From contig CAINOB010000082.1 in assembly GCA_903851365.1 (NCBI GenBank), forward strand, positions 7,590 to 71,589: a DNA stretch of 64,000 nucleotides, read 5' to 3'. A program made the translations under genes and the position numbers. The notes below the pieces were generated by a model that made no database searches, had not been told where the DNA came from, and was given only the letters and a program-made list of their open reading frames with translations. Every line of letters begins with the position of its first letter. Within the stretch, counting starts at the first letter, position 1. Positions 54,676 to 64,000 of the stretch are shown here, one piece after another. The DNA is from an uncultured Bacteroidota bacterium. GTDB taxonomy: Bacteria; Bacteroidota; Bacteroidia; Bacteroidales; UBA12481.

Positions 54676-55668
54676 ATGAAAGAGACGGTATTAAGCGGAA
54701 TCCGGTCGACCGGAAATCTGCATCTGGGTAATTATTTTGGAGCGATTAAGAATTTTGTCAGGATGCAGCATGAATACAACTGCTATTTTTTTGTTGCCGA
54801 CTGGCATGCACTTACGACGCATCCACATCCAAACGATCTTCACGGTAATGTAAAGACTGTTTTATCGGAATATCTGGGTTGCGGGATCGATCCTGAAATT
54901 GCTACTCTTTACGTTCAGAGCGATATCCCGGAAATTGCCGAGCTGTATTTGCTGATGAACATGAATGCTTACATCGGGGAGCTGGAGCGGACCACCACTT
55001 TTAAGGAAAAAATCAGGAAACAGCCTGATAATGTTAATGCCGGATTGCTCACTTATCCGGTTCTGATGGCTACGGATATCATTATACATAAGGCGAATAA
55101 GGTTCCGGTTGGAAAAGATCAGGAGCAGAATATCGAGATGGCCCGCCGGTTTGCCCGTCGTTTTAATACGATATATGAAAGAGAATATTTTCCCGAGCCT
55201 GAAGGATTCAGCTTCAGCAAGAACCTGATTAAGATCCCCGGACTGGACGGATCAGGAAAAATGGGAAAATCGGAAGGAAATGCCATCAACCTGGCAGATG
55301 ATCCCAAAACCATCCATAAAAAAGTGATGGGAGCGGTTACCGATGCCGGTCCAACGGAGATGAACCAGACTCCGCCCGAAGCCATTGAAAACCTTTTCCA
55401 GCTGATGGAAGTGGCCAGTGAGCCGGAAACCGTGATTTTCTTCCGCGAGCAATATGCTAAATGCGCCATTCGATACGGCGACCTGAAAAAGCAGTTATCT
55501 GCAGATATTATCAAACTGACCGAACCAATCCGTGAAAGGATTTTAGAAATTCAGTCTGACGATGCGTATCTGGCAAAAGTGGTGAAGATGGGAGCCGAGA
55601 AAGCAAGGATCAGCGCGGCTGCTACGTTGCGGGATGTCAGGGAGATTATCGGGTTCCGGACCTTTTAA
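54676..55668 (+). CDS. trpS: tryptophan--tRNA ligase
   Basis: Class I HIGH-type motif (TGNLHLGNY) and KMSKS-type motif (KMGKS), 330 aa. Confidence 0.93.
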   Translation: MKETVLSGIRSTGNLHLGNYFGAIKNFVRMQHEYNCYFFVADWHALTTHPHPNDLHGNVKTVLSEYLGCGIDPEIATLYVQSDIPEIAELYLLMNMNAYIGELERTTTFKEKIRKQPDNVNAGLLTYPVLMATDIIIHKANKVPVGKDQEQNIEMARRFARRFNTIYEREYFPEPEGFSFSKNLIKIPGLDGSGKMGKSEGNAINLADDPKTIHKKVMGAVTDAGPTEMNQTPPEAIENLFQLMEVASEPETVIFFREQYAKCAIRYGDLKKQLSADIIKLTEPIRERILEIQSDDAYLAKVVKMGAEKARISAAATLRDVREIIGFRTF

Positions 55669-55799
55669 GGCAGATGGCAGAGGGCAGAAGGCAGAAAGTA
55701 AAGATTTTAAGCAATAAGGCTGAAGGTGCATACTTCAGCCTTATTGCTTTTATATCTTATCAACTTTACTTCTTGCCTTTTTGCCCTCCTGCCCTCTTG
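55669..55799. terminator. composite ~130-bp imperfect palindrome: GGCAGAN heptamers x4, 17-bp-stem hairpin, inverted heptamer-like arm
   Basis: GGCAGAT-GGCAGAG-GGCAGAA-GGCAGAA at 55669-55696. Hairpin AAGCAATAAGGCTGAAG-GTGCATA-CTTCAGCCTTATTGCTT at 55709-55749. Right arm CTTCTTGCCTTTTTGCCCTCCTGCCCTCTTG. Lies between the convergent trpS and nadB genes. Confidence 0.75.
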
Positions 55800-55801
55800 T
55801 A

Positions 55802-57364
55802 TTATTTCTTCGGATAGTCCAGATTATAGTGCAGCCCCCGGCTTTCCTTGCGCTGGCGTGCGTGCTTGACGATCAGATAAGCCACCTTGATGGCATTTCT
55901 TAGCTCGCAAAGTTTGACCGATAATGTTGACTGTGTATAAAGATCCTCTGTTTCGCGATACAAAATATAAATGCGGTCGAGGGCTCTTTTCATGCGGGCA
56001 TTGGTGCGGACAATTCCCACGTAGTTCGACATAATTTGCTGCAATTCCTTGGTGCTCTGGGTAATCAATACCATTTCGTCGGGATTGCGGGTTCCTTCAT
56101 CATTCCATGGCGGAATGCCCTGCTGGTGCTTCAGTGATGGTAACCGGCGGCCCGAATCAACTGCCGCACGATGGGCAAAAACAACCGCTTCCAGCAAAGA
56201 ATTTGATGCCAATCGGTTGGCTCCGTGAAGACCGGTGCAGGCAACTTCTCCAGCGGCATATAGGTTGCGGATAGTTGTCTGACCGTTTTCATCGGTCCGG
56301 ATTCCTCCGCAGAAATAGTGTGCGGCCGGAACAACCGGAACGGGATCTTTGGTCATATCGATTCCAAGAGAGAGGCACTTATTATAAATATTCGGAAAAT
56401 GCTCCAAAAGTTTTTTGGGATCGATATGGGTGCAATCAAGGTTGACAAAATCTTCGCCACGGTTTTTCAGTTCCGTATCAATGGCGCGGGCTACGATATC
56501 CCTTGAAGCGAGTGATCCGCGGGGATCATATTTATTCATGAATTCCTCGCCATCCTGTGTTTTAAGTATTCCGCCGGCACCCCTTACCGCTTCTGAGATC
56601 AGGAACGAAGGGCGCTCCCCGGGATTATACAAGCTGGTAGGATGGAACTGGAAGAATTCGACATGATCCACGTAAGCCTTGGCCCGATAGGCCATTGCAA
56701 TACCATCACCCGTTGCTATTGGTGGATTGGTTGTGGTCTGGTAAATGTATCCGCTGCCGCCGGTGGCTAGCAGGGTGACTTTCGATAAAATCGTATCGAT
56801 CCGCCTGTTTTTAATATCAAAAGTATAGGCCCCGTAACATTCTATTTCCGGATTTCCACGGAATACCGGGGTTCCGAGGTGATGTTGCGTGATCAGGTCA
56901 AGCGCGAATGAGTTTTCTATTATGGTGATGCTCTGATGTGCCCTTACCCGAGCTGACAAGGCACGCATGATTTCTGCCCCGGTATTATCCTTATGGTGAA
57001 GAATCCGGTATTCGGAGTGGCCCCCCTCACGGTTCAGATTAAACAGGCCATCAGGATCTTTATCGAAATTGGCTCCCCAGCCGATCAGGTTCTTGATTTG
57101 TTCCGGAGCTTCATTAACCACCATGCGTACGATCTTTTCATTGCATAGACCATCGCCGGCAATCAGTGTATCCTGAACATGTTTCTCCAGATTATCCGGA
57201 GCGTACATCACGGAGGCGATGCCACCCTGGGCATACCATGTATTTGTTTCTTCCAGTTTGGTTTTGCTAAGTAAAATAACACTCCCAAACTCGGCAACCT
57301 GAAGGGCGAAGGACATTCCGGCCAGTCCGCTGCCGACAACCAAAAAATCAGTTTTGTGTTCCAT
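55802..57364 (-). CDS. nadB: L-aspartate oxidase
   Basis: FAD motif VVGSGLAGMS, AQGGIA and the fumarate reductase-like fold, 520 aa with no Fe-S partner gene. Confidence 0.9.
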   Translation of the reverse strand: MEHKTDFLVVGSGLAGMSFALQVAEFGSVILLSKTKLEETNTWYAQGGIASVMYAPDNLEKHVQDTLIAGDGLCNEKIVRMVVNEAPEQIKNLIGWGANFDKDPDGLFNLNREGGHSEYRILHHKDNTGAEIMRALSARVRAHQSITIIENSFALDLITQHHLGTPVFRGNPEIECYGAYTFDIKNRRIDTILSKVTLLATGGSGYIYQTTTNPPIATGDGIAMAYRAKAYVDHVEFFQFHPTSLYNPGERPSFLISEAVRGAGGILKTQDGEEFMNKYDPRGSLASRDIVARAIDTELKNRGEDFVNLDCTHIDPKKLLEHFPNIYNKCLSLGIDMTKDPVPVVPAAHYFCGGIRTDENGQTTIRNLYAAGEVACTGLHGANRLASNSLLEAVVFAHRAAVDSGRRLPSLKHQQGIPPWNDEGTRNPDEMVLITQSTKELQQIMSNYVGIVRTNARMKRALDRIYILYRETEDLYTQSTLSVKLCELRNAIKVAYLIVKHARQRKESRGLHYNLDYPKK

Positions 57365-57433
57365 CGGTGCAAAAATCGGATAAATTAAGGAATTACCCTA
57401 TTTTTGAAGCCTGATATACCGATAGTTTCCTAT

Positions 57434-58978
57434 ATGAATCAAGAAGAAGTATTTAAAAAGCTCGTATCCCATTGTAAGGAATACGGTTTTGTTTTCCAGT
57501 CGTCTGAAATTTACGATGGCTTGAGTGCTGTGTATGATTATGGCCAGTACGGTGTTGAGCTGAAAAATAATATCAAGAAGTATTGGTGGGATTCCATGGT
57601 CCTCCTGCATGAAAATGTGGTTGGATTGGATTCGGCAATATTTATGCATCCGACCATCTGGAAAGCTTCAGGTCATGTGGATGCATTCAATGATCCGCTC
57701 ATTGACAATAAGGATTCCAAAAAGCGTTATCGTGCCGATGTGCTGATTGAGGAAGAATTGGCGAAAATGGAAGGGAAGATTGATAAAGAGGTTGAAAAGG
57801 CTAAAAAGCGGTTCGGCGAGACTTTCGATGAAACCATGTTCCGTCAAACCAATCCCCGGGTCATGGAGATACAGGTGAAAATTGAAGCCCTGCATACCCG
57901 TTTTGCTAAGGCCCTCAACGATGGCGATCTTGATGAACTCAGGCAAATCATTGTCGACAGTGAAATCGTTTGCCCGGTATCCGGTACACGAAACTGGACT
58001 GAAGTCAGGCAGTTTAACCTGATGTTTTCCACCGAGATGGGCTCAACAGCTGATGGTGCCCTGAAAATCTATTTAAGGCCGGAAACTGCTCAGGGAATTT
58101 TTGTGAATTACCTGAATGTTCAGAAAACCGGACGAATGAAATTGCCGTTTGGGATTGCCCAGATCGGGAAAGCCTTCCGTAACGAGATTGTAGCCAGGCA
58201 GTTCATTTTCCGCATGCGCGAATTTGAACAGATGGAAATGCAGTTTTTCGTAAAACCGGGTGAAGAGCTTACCTGGTTTGAATATTGGAAAGCCATCCGG
58301 ATAAAATGGCACCGCGGATTGGGATTCAATCCGGAGCATTATCGGTTTCATGATCATGATAAACTGGCGCATTATGCAAATGCAGCCACCGATATCGAAT
58401 ATAAATTTCCCTTTGGTTTCAAGGAAGTGGAGGGAATTCATTCCCGTACGGATTTTGACTTGAAGCGTCACCAGGAATTTTCCGGCCGCAAAATCCAGTA
58501 TTTCGATTCCGAAACCAACGAATCTTATACCCCATATGTTGTTGAAACCTCGATTGGGGTCGACCGTATGTTTTTACAGGTGGTGGCAGCTGCTTTTTGC
58601 GAAGAGGAGGCTCCAACTGCTGAAGGAGGTACAGATATCCGTACTGTTCTGAAGCTCCCGCCGGCATTGGCTCCTGTTAAGCTGGCCGTATTCCCGCTGG
58701 TCAAAAAAGATGGACTGCCGGAGATTGCCCGTCAGATTATCGATGACCTGAAGTTTGATTTTTATTGCCAGTATGATGAAAAAGACTCAATCGGAAAGCG
58801 GTACCGCCGGCACGATGCTATCGGAACACCATTCTGCGTAACAGTCGATCATCAGACGGTTGAAGATAATACCGTTACCATCCGCAACCGGGATACGATG
58901 GAGCAGGAGAGAGTAACAATAAACTCGCTTCGAGAGATGGTTGGTGCTAAAGTTAACATGAAGCTCTTGTTGAAATAA
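57434..58978 (+). CDS. glyQS: glycine--tRNA ligase (dimeric class II type)
   Basis: FQSSEIYDG, YLRPETAQGIF, RNEI.ARQFIFRMREFEQME and the anticodon-binding C-terminus. The ATG at 57434 is preferred over the TTG at 57404. Confidence 0.92.
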   Translation: MNQEEVFKKLVSHCKEYGFVFQSSEIYDGLSAVYDYGQYGVELKNNIKKYWWDSMVLLHENVVGLDSAIFMHPTIWKASGHVDAFNDPLIDNKDSKKRYRADVLIEEELAKMEGKIDKEVEKAKKRFGETFDETMFRQTNPRVMEIQVKIEALHTRFAKALNDGDLDELRQIIVDSEIVCPVSGTRNWTEVRQFNLMFSTEMGSTADGALKIYLRPETAQGIFVNYLNVQKTGRMKLPFGIAQIGKAFRNEIVARQFIFRMREFEQMEMQFFVKPGEELTWFEYWKAIRIKWHRGLGFNPEHYRFHDHDKLAHYANAATDIEYKFPFGFKEVEGIHSRTDFDLKRHQEFSGRKIQYFDSETNESYTPYVVETSIGVDRMFLQVVAAAFCEEEAPTAEGGTDIRTVLKLPPALAPVKLAVFPLVKKDGLPEIARQIIDDLKFDFYCQYDEKDSIGKRYRRHDAIGTPFCVTVDHQTVEDNTVTIRNRDTMEQERVTINSLREMVGAKVNMKLLLK

Positions 58979-59062
58979 TAACTTTGTTCGGCTGGCGCCT
59001 CACTAATTATGCGCTTCGCGCTAATTGTGCTCCGCTTCGCTACGCTAATTAATATTATAAAA

Positions 59063-61558
59063 ATGAAAAATATTCTGCGTTCCGTATGGCCGGAGTTAAT
59101 AATGGTAGCCATCATGGCTGTTCTGGCACTTGGTTTTATGAGCCCGGTATTCCAGGGCAAAATTCTTTATCAGAACGATATCGTTCAGGCAAAGAATATG
59201 GCCAATGAGGTGGAAAAGTACCAAAAGCAGACCGGGGAATATCCCGGATGGACCAATTCTGCTTTCTCAGGAATGCCATCATATCAGATAAAATCTGCTC
59301 CATCGGGGAATATTTTCCTCCTGTTTTTCCGCGCGCTTAAGCTTTATCTACCCGGATATACGGTGGCTATTCTTTTTGTTTGCATGCTTGGCTTCTATTT
59401 TCTTTTAAGGACACTGAAGCTCAGTCAATGGCTCGCACTTGCCGGTGCAATAGCTTTCGGATTCGGATCGCATAACCTTCAGCTGATTGCTGCCGGTCAC
59501 GTGAGCAAGATCTATGCGATTGCTTATATGGCGCCTGTGATTGCCGGTGTGTTTCTGGTTTTCAGGAAAAAATACCTGGCTGGGGGGTTGCTCACCGCAA
59601 TAGGATTTGGCATACAGCTGGTTACCAATCATCCACAAGTTTCCTATTATCTTGGATTGATCATTTTGGTTTATCTGCTTGTGGAATTGATATTTGCCAT
59701 TCGCGAAAAATATTTTGATCATCTTATAAAATCCGGAATAACACTTTTTATAGCCTTGGTATTGGCGATTCTGCCGAACATGACCGCATTGATGACCACG
59801 CAGGAGTATAGCAAGGAATCAACCCGGGGTAATTCAGAACTGGTTAAGAAGGGCGAAACCAAGACAAAGGGCTTAGATGTAAAATATATAACCGATTGGA
59901 GTTATGGGGTCGGGGAAACCCTGAACCTTTTTATCCCGAACTTCAGCGGCGGCGGATCAAGCCAGGATCTCGGAACTAATTCTGAGTCATATAAGGCAAT
60001 GATAAGTAATCAGGTACCTGCTGAACAGGCCAGGCAGTATGTCCGGGGAATGTCGTATTGGGGAAGTCAGTACCTGGGAACATCAGGTCCGCACTATATT
60101 GGCGCTATATCGATTTTTTTGGCCATACTCGGCTTGTTTATCGTGAAAGGCAAGGAGAAATGGTGGCTGGCCTCTATTATCGTGATATCGATTTTCTTAG
60201 CCTGGGGCAGGAATTTCATGGGTCTCACGGAGTTTTTCGTGAACCATTTCCCTTTGTATTCCAAGTTTCGCGATGTAACCAATACCTTGATTATTGCTCA
60301 ATTCGCAATCCCCTTTCTGGCCTTTCTATCAGTCAGGCAGTGGTTCTCGGATGAGAAAGCCGATCCGGCAAAAAAACTGAAAACATTGTATACAGCTGCC
60401 GGAATAGCCGGTGGTATTGCGCTTCTGGTTGCTGTTATCCCTTCGATGTTCGGCTCTTTTGCGAGTGCCACCGAAAGTAATTTGCCTGACTGGCTAAAAG
60501 GGGCGCTGCACAACGACCGGATGAACCTGGCCCGTCAGGATGCATTCAGAACTTTATTATTTGTTGTTGCCGCTGCCGGGATTCTATGGTATGCACTTAA
60601 ATCAAAAATGAAGAGGGAATACCTGTATATCGGTCTCGCATTGCTTATCCTGGTTGATATGTGGTCGGTAGGCAAGCGTTACCTGAACAGCGATAATTTC
60701 AGCAGCAGCCGACAGATTGAACAGGCTTTCAAAGCCACTCCTGCCGATGAGACCATTTTAAAGGATAAGGAACTGGGGTACAGGGTGCTGGATATGATGT
60801 CACAAAGCACCTTCCAAAGTGCACGCGCTTCCAGGTTCCATAGCTCGGTCGGCGGATATCACGGAGCAAAACTTGGCCGTTATCAGGATTTAATCGATAA
60901 ATACCTCGCTCCGAATGTCCAGGCAATTGGGGCTGTTTTCGGGGATAAGCCAACCTATGAAAAGTTTGATGCGGCTGTTGGTGCGATGAATGTTCTGAAT
61001 ATGCTGAATACGAAATATGTCGTATTGAGTCCGACCTCACCGATCCAAAATGCTCATGCCATGGGCGCGGTGTGGTTTGCCGACAGGGTAAAATGGGTAG
61101 GTAGTGCCAATGAGGAGCTGGAGGCCCTGGGAACTACCACATTAACTTCTGATGCTGTGGTAGATAATCGCTTCAAAGCACAGCTATCAACATTACCGGC
61201 TCAGTTGTCACCAAATCCGGAGCCCGATGTTATTGCTATGACCGAAATCAAGCCTAATTACCTTAAATATGAGGCAAAATCTACTGATAACCGTCTTGCC
61301 GTTTTTTCGCAGATATACTATCCGTATGGATGGCAAGCTTTTATCGATGGGAAAAAGGTTGATTACATCAGAGCCGACTATGCTTTGAGGGCAATGGTTA
61401 TCCCAGCTGGCAAGCACACGGTGGAATTCCGATTTGAACCCAAATCTCTGAAAACAGGTAAGATGATCAGCCTGGCAGGCAGCTTTTTAATTCTGCTGCT
61501 GATTATTGGCACGGTGGCTCAGGAATTACGCCGGAAAAAGGTGACGAGTGACGAGTGA
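59063..61558 (+). CDS. YfhO-like large polytopic membrane protein
   Basis: About 830 aa, N-terminal two-thirds multi-helix, C-terminal extracytoplasmic domain plus a final TM helix. The ATG at 59063 is preferred, because the 59009 extension is encoded by a low-complexity repeat. Confidence 0.5.
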   Translation: MKNILRSVWPELIMVAIMAVLALGFMSPVFQGKILYQNDIVQAKNMANEVEKYQKQTGEYPGWTNSAFSGMPSYQIKSAPSGNIFLLFFRALKLYLPGYTVAILFVCMLGFYFLLRTLKLSQWLALAGAIAFGFGSHNLQLIAAGHVSKIYAIAYMAPVIAGVFLVFRKKYLAGGLLTAIGFGIQLVTNHPQVSYYLGLIILVYLLVELIFAIREKYFDHLIKSGITLFIALVLAILPNMTALMTTQEYSKESTRGNSELVKKGETKTKGLDVKYITDWSYGVGETLNLFIPNFSGGGSSQDLGTNSESYKAMISNQVPAEQARQYVRGMSYWGSQYLGTSGPHYIGAISIFLAILGLFIVKGKEKWWLASIIVISIFLAWGRNFMGLTEFFVNHFPLYSKFRDVTNTLIIAQFAIPFLAFLSVRQWFSDEKADPAKKLKTLYTAAGIAGGIALLVAVIPSMFGSFASATESNLPDWLKGALHNDRMNLARQDAFRTLLFVVAAAGILWYALKSKMKREYLYIGLALLILVDMWSVGKRYLNSDNFSSSRQIEQAFKATPADETILKDKELGYRVLDMMSQSTFQSARASRFHSSVGGYHGAKLGRYQDLIDKYLAPNVQAIGAVFGDKPTYEKFDAAVGAMNVLNMLNTKYVVLSPTSPIQNAHAMGAVWFADRVKWVGSANEELEALGTTTLTSDAVVDNRFKAQLSTLPAQLSPNPEPDVIAMTEIKPNYLKYEAKSTDNRLAVFSQIYYPYGWQAFIDGKKVDYIRADYALRAMVIPAGKHTVEFRFEPKSLKTGKMISLAGSFLILLLIIGTVAQELRRKKVTSDE

Positions 61559-61568
61559 CGGGTGACGC
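61541..61568. repeat. 4 x heptamer GTGACGN tandem repeat containing the YfhO-like stop codon
   Basis: GTGACGA-GTGACGA-GTGACGG-GTGACGC. The TGA at 61556-61558 lies inside the repeat. Confidence 0.8.
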
Positions 61569-61735
61569 GAAAGACCGAAGAAGAAAATCGGGAGACGAAC
61601 GCAAGACCGATAGACGGAAGACGATTAAGAGTCTGCAGTCGGCAGTTGCGAAAGGCCAAGGCCAATTTTGAATGCTGAAATCACAGTGTCAAGTTTGCTT
61701 GGATTCACCTGACTGGCCTTCGAATCTCCTCTTTG

Positions 61736-62725
61736 TCATTGTTTAATACATCTGACATAGCACGCCTCAGGTGATTTGAACCCGATAATATATCCGGGGA
61801 AAAACGGGTGATAAATCCAGGCCGGATGGTTATAACTCTTTACAAAATAGCTTGAATCCCGTGTGAAATGGATACCGGTGAAATAGCGGGTAGTATCCTC
61901 GCCAGTATATTGAGAAGTCCAATAGCGTACGCCATATTTTTCGGCTTTAAAAGACCCATTCAGCGGTGTATGGGGATCGCCATATTTATAATATCCATTC
62001 ATTTCCACGCCAAGGTTTTCGATTGATGAAGGCCCGAAATAGTAAAGGACATCAAATGGTTGCGAATAATTTTTGATCAGGCCAGTCCATTGATCCGTGG
62101 TGGGAATTCTCCAGCCCGGAGGACAGATATCGCGGTACACAGAGGGAGAAGGATAATAATTTGCTTCAGCCCAGGTGTACAAACTCCCGTAATAATTAAG
62201 GTTTTTGTTGTTGTTAAAATAGAGGAATTCAATCTGTCCATTGTCGGTCAGCGGAACCTTGTAATCTAGAGGAATACCAGCTTTCAGGTTTTCGGCCATC
62301 CACCAGTTGTTGCCAATTTTTACGATCCGATAACGTGAGCCATCGCGCGGGTCAGTCAGGGTATCGATATTGGGATTCCTCAACAGGATAAAAACGGAAT
62401 CGGTGTAAGTTGCGGTTCCGCCATCATCATCAGCCACTTCCATAATATATTTCTGGTAACCGGGTTTACTGAAGCGTGCAGTGTAGCTGGTTTGAGTGGA
62501 ATATTCCGTATTCCAGCTTCCGTCGGCATCGGTATCCCAGCGGTAACGTAGGGCAAAATAGGAAGTTTCAGCGTCGGAGGAACTCTTTCCATCAATCAGG
62601 AATACCGTGGATGTATCTCCAATTAGCGGCAATGCGTATGCTTTGGCGAGCGGTGGAGTGTTTTCTGTTTTGCAGGAGATCACCATCGCCAGAATAATTA
62701 TTGATATTAAATTCCTGATATTCAT
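61736..62725 (-). CDS. FISUMP-domain lipoprotein (Fibrobacter succinogenes major paralogous domain) with an N-terminal PKD-like module
   Basis: Lipobox MVISC. DPRDGSRYRIVKIGNNWWMAENL...GSLYTWAEA...CPPGWRIPT is typical of TIGR02145-type domains. Confidence 0.7.
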   Translation of the reverse strand: MNIRNLISIIILAMVISCKTENTPPLAKAYALPLIGDTSTVFLIDGKSSSDAETSYFALRYRWDTDADGSWNTEYSTQTSYTARFSKPGYQKYIMEVADDDGGTATYTDSVFILLRNPNIDTLTDPRDGSRYRIVKIGNNWWMAENLKAGIPLDYKVPLTDNGQIEFLYFNNNKNLNYYGSLYTWAEANYYPSPSVYRDICPPGWRIPTTDQWTGLIKNYSQPFDVLYYFGPSSIENLGVEMNGYYKYGDPHTPLNGSFKAEKYGVRYWTSQYTGEDTTRYFTGIHFTRDSSYFVKSYNHPAWIYHPFFPGYIIGFKSPEACYVRCIKQ

Positions 62726-62726
62726 A

Positions 62727-63722
62727 TTAGTAATATCTGAAATTCAGATGTTTGGTAAACTGGCCACTCATGATTGAATCTTTACTTTTCAGGTCTGGAT
62801 CCAGATCGAACGCATTAATTGTTTGGGAAGTAAATAAACCAATGCCATTGAAAATATTGGTGAGAGTATAACCGGCCTGGTCGGGTGGCTGGACCTGTAT
62901 CATTAGCCGATAATCAAACAAGTCTGCCGGAATGCCAACAACAACAGCTTGTAAGCCTGTGACATGGCGATATAATACCAATCGATCAGCTTTAATCAGG
63001 CCGGCTATTCGTTTCATGAAATCCGCGCCATAAATAAAATCCTGAAAAGGATCAGTGGGTTTCGAAGTATGAAATTCACGCCAGGTGATGCATCGGTCAA
63101 TCATGTTATCTTCATAAATATCGGTATAGTAAAACCTGAAGTATAACTCAGTATAAGGGGCGTCACTTATCCAGGAGAATTCGAGTGGGTCCAGGTAAAG
63201 ATTTTGTGTGGCACTTAACCGTGGCAGGGTTAATCTGGAGGCTGGAAAAGCTTTGGTTTTTGCGAAAATCAATGGTTTCCCGGGAATCTCCACGGAAAGG
63301 TGGTACTCCTGGTTGTCGACGGTTCCGGTAAAAATTGTTTCTGATTCGGGTGACCTGACCAAAATGAAATTCCAATTGGGTTTCTCAGAAAACAAGCCTG
63401 GCAACCGTGAGTTTATATCGATTTTAGTCAGCTCCGCTTTATTCACCCTGAAATCACCGTTCCATTTTTCCAGCCATACCCTGGTACTGGGGAAGTACAA
63501 CGAATCCCCGATGGCAGCATAGGCCAGTGCCGATCCTGTGCCATTGAAAGTTTTTGTTACCCGCACACAGAGGGTATCGCGCTGCAGCTCTAAAACACTG
63601 TAAACGACTGGGATATTTTTATTACCGGGTAATTGAATTTCCAGATCATTGCTGCAGGAAAATCCCGCAAGTCCCACTACAACAATGCAGAGAAGTATCC
63701 ATATATAGGAAACCAACCTCAT
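62727..63722 (-). CDS. hypothetical lipoprotein (possibly DUF4249-like)
   Basis: Signal peptide with lipobox LAGFSC. Lies 1 nt upstream of the FISUMP gene. The family assignment is uncertain. Confidence 0.4.
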   Translation of the reverse strand: MRLVSYIWILLCIVVVGLAGFSCSNDLEIQLPGNKNIPVVYSVLELQRDTLCVRVTKTFNGTGSALAYAAIGDSLYFPSTRVWLEKWNGDFRVNKAELTKIDINSRLPGLFSEKPNWNFILVRSPESETIFTGTVDNQEYHLSVEIPGKPLIFAKTKAFPASRLTLPRLSATQNLYLDPLEFSWISDAPYTELYFRFYYTDIYEDNMIDRCITWREFHTSKPTDPFQDFIYGADFMKRIAGLIKADRLVLYRHVTGLQAVVVGIPADLFDYRLMIQVQPPDQAGYTLTNIFNGIGLFTSQTINAFDLDPDLKSKDSIMSGQFTKHLNFRYY

Positions 63723-63800
63723 GCTAAGGTTTTGATCAGGTTAATACACTTGGGGGGACTGAACCAAAGATAGGAATTCTTCATCGGAATCTATTAACTT

Positions 63801-64000
63801 CTATTCCAGCGTGATTTCCTTCTCCAGCACCCCGCCCCGGGTGGAAAGAATTTTTACTTTCCCCTTGATTTTATCCCGGGTGTAGGAGCGGATAGTAAAG
63901 GTGGCGGCGGCTGACTGGTTTTGCCAGAGGTGGCCGGCATATCTGGTTTTATCAGAGGTTTTTGGATCAACAATCTTGATTTTCGGCTCATCACCTTCCA
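63801..64000 (-). CDS. 3' end of an unidentified CDS (start outside the window)
   Basis: Manual minus-strand translation is open from the window edge: ...EGDEPKIKIVDPKTSDKTRYAGHLWQNQSAAATFTIRSYTRDKIKGKVKILSTRGGVLEKEITLE-TAG (stop at 63803-63801). Confidence 0.4.
   Translation of the reverse strand, partial: EGDEPKIKIVDPKTSDKTRYAGHLWQNQSAAATFTIRSYTRDKIKGKVKILSTRGGVLEKEITLE

Overview
This 64-kb window looks like a Bacteroidota chromosome. Supporting signs are an sdh/frd CAB operon with a Bacteroides-type cytochrome b subunit, T9SS C-terminal sorting domains, ribosomal protein Thx, FISUMP and lipoprotein genes, and one TAnnTTTG-like promoter box. The layout is as follows. (1) 1-15.9 kb is core: M24B aminopeptidase fragment, sdhCAB, 5'-nucleotidase, Spy/CpxP-like protein, S41 protease, dCMP deaminase and Thx. 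It also holds a 1821-aa sensor kinase with ten PAS domains, followed by a REC-histidine kinase. (2) 15,991-33,201 is a ~17.2-kb integrative island in the 3' end of tRNA-Leu(CAA), bounded by an exact 17-bp direct repeat. It carries a tyrosine integrase and an HTH/excisionase-like gene coupled to a Rep-like gene that contains iteron-like repeats. It also carries a five-gene type I R-M operon (hsdM, DUF2971-like, hsdS, basic orf157, hsdR). The remaining cargo is an IS1595 N-terminal remnant, a frameshifted UDG-like gene, two tandem paralogs and several orphan ORFs. This island is the best candidate for an undescribed, defence-type system. (3) 33.3-41 kb holds three tandem paralogous T9SS cargo genes. 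One has its signal peptide cut off by an in-frame TAA. They sit downstream of an orphan LytTR response regulator, with structured repeats (47-bp x2, shared AGTTGCCAAC motif) between them. (4) 41-64 kb is core again: dxs, frr, pyrH, tsf, rpsB, rpsI, rplM, O-antigen-ligase-like, guanine deaminase, mpg, PagL-like OMP, dus, FtsX/LolE-like permease, rbfA, trpS, nadB, glyQS, YfhO-like and lipoproteins. A family of short heptamer or low-complexity repeats sits at or after several gene 3' ends, and once inside a CDS. No CRISPR array and no rRNA were seen, and only one tRNA. All calls come from reading the sequence and ORF translations by eye. No searches or statistics were run.
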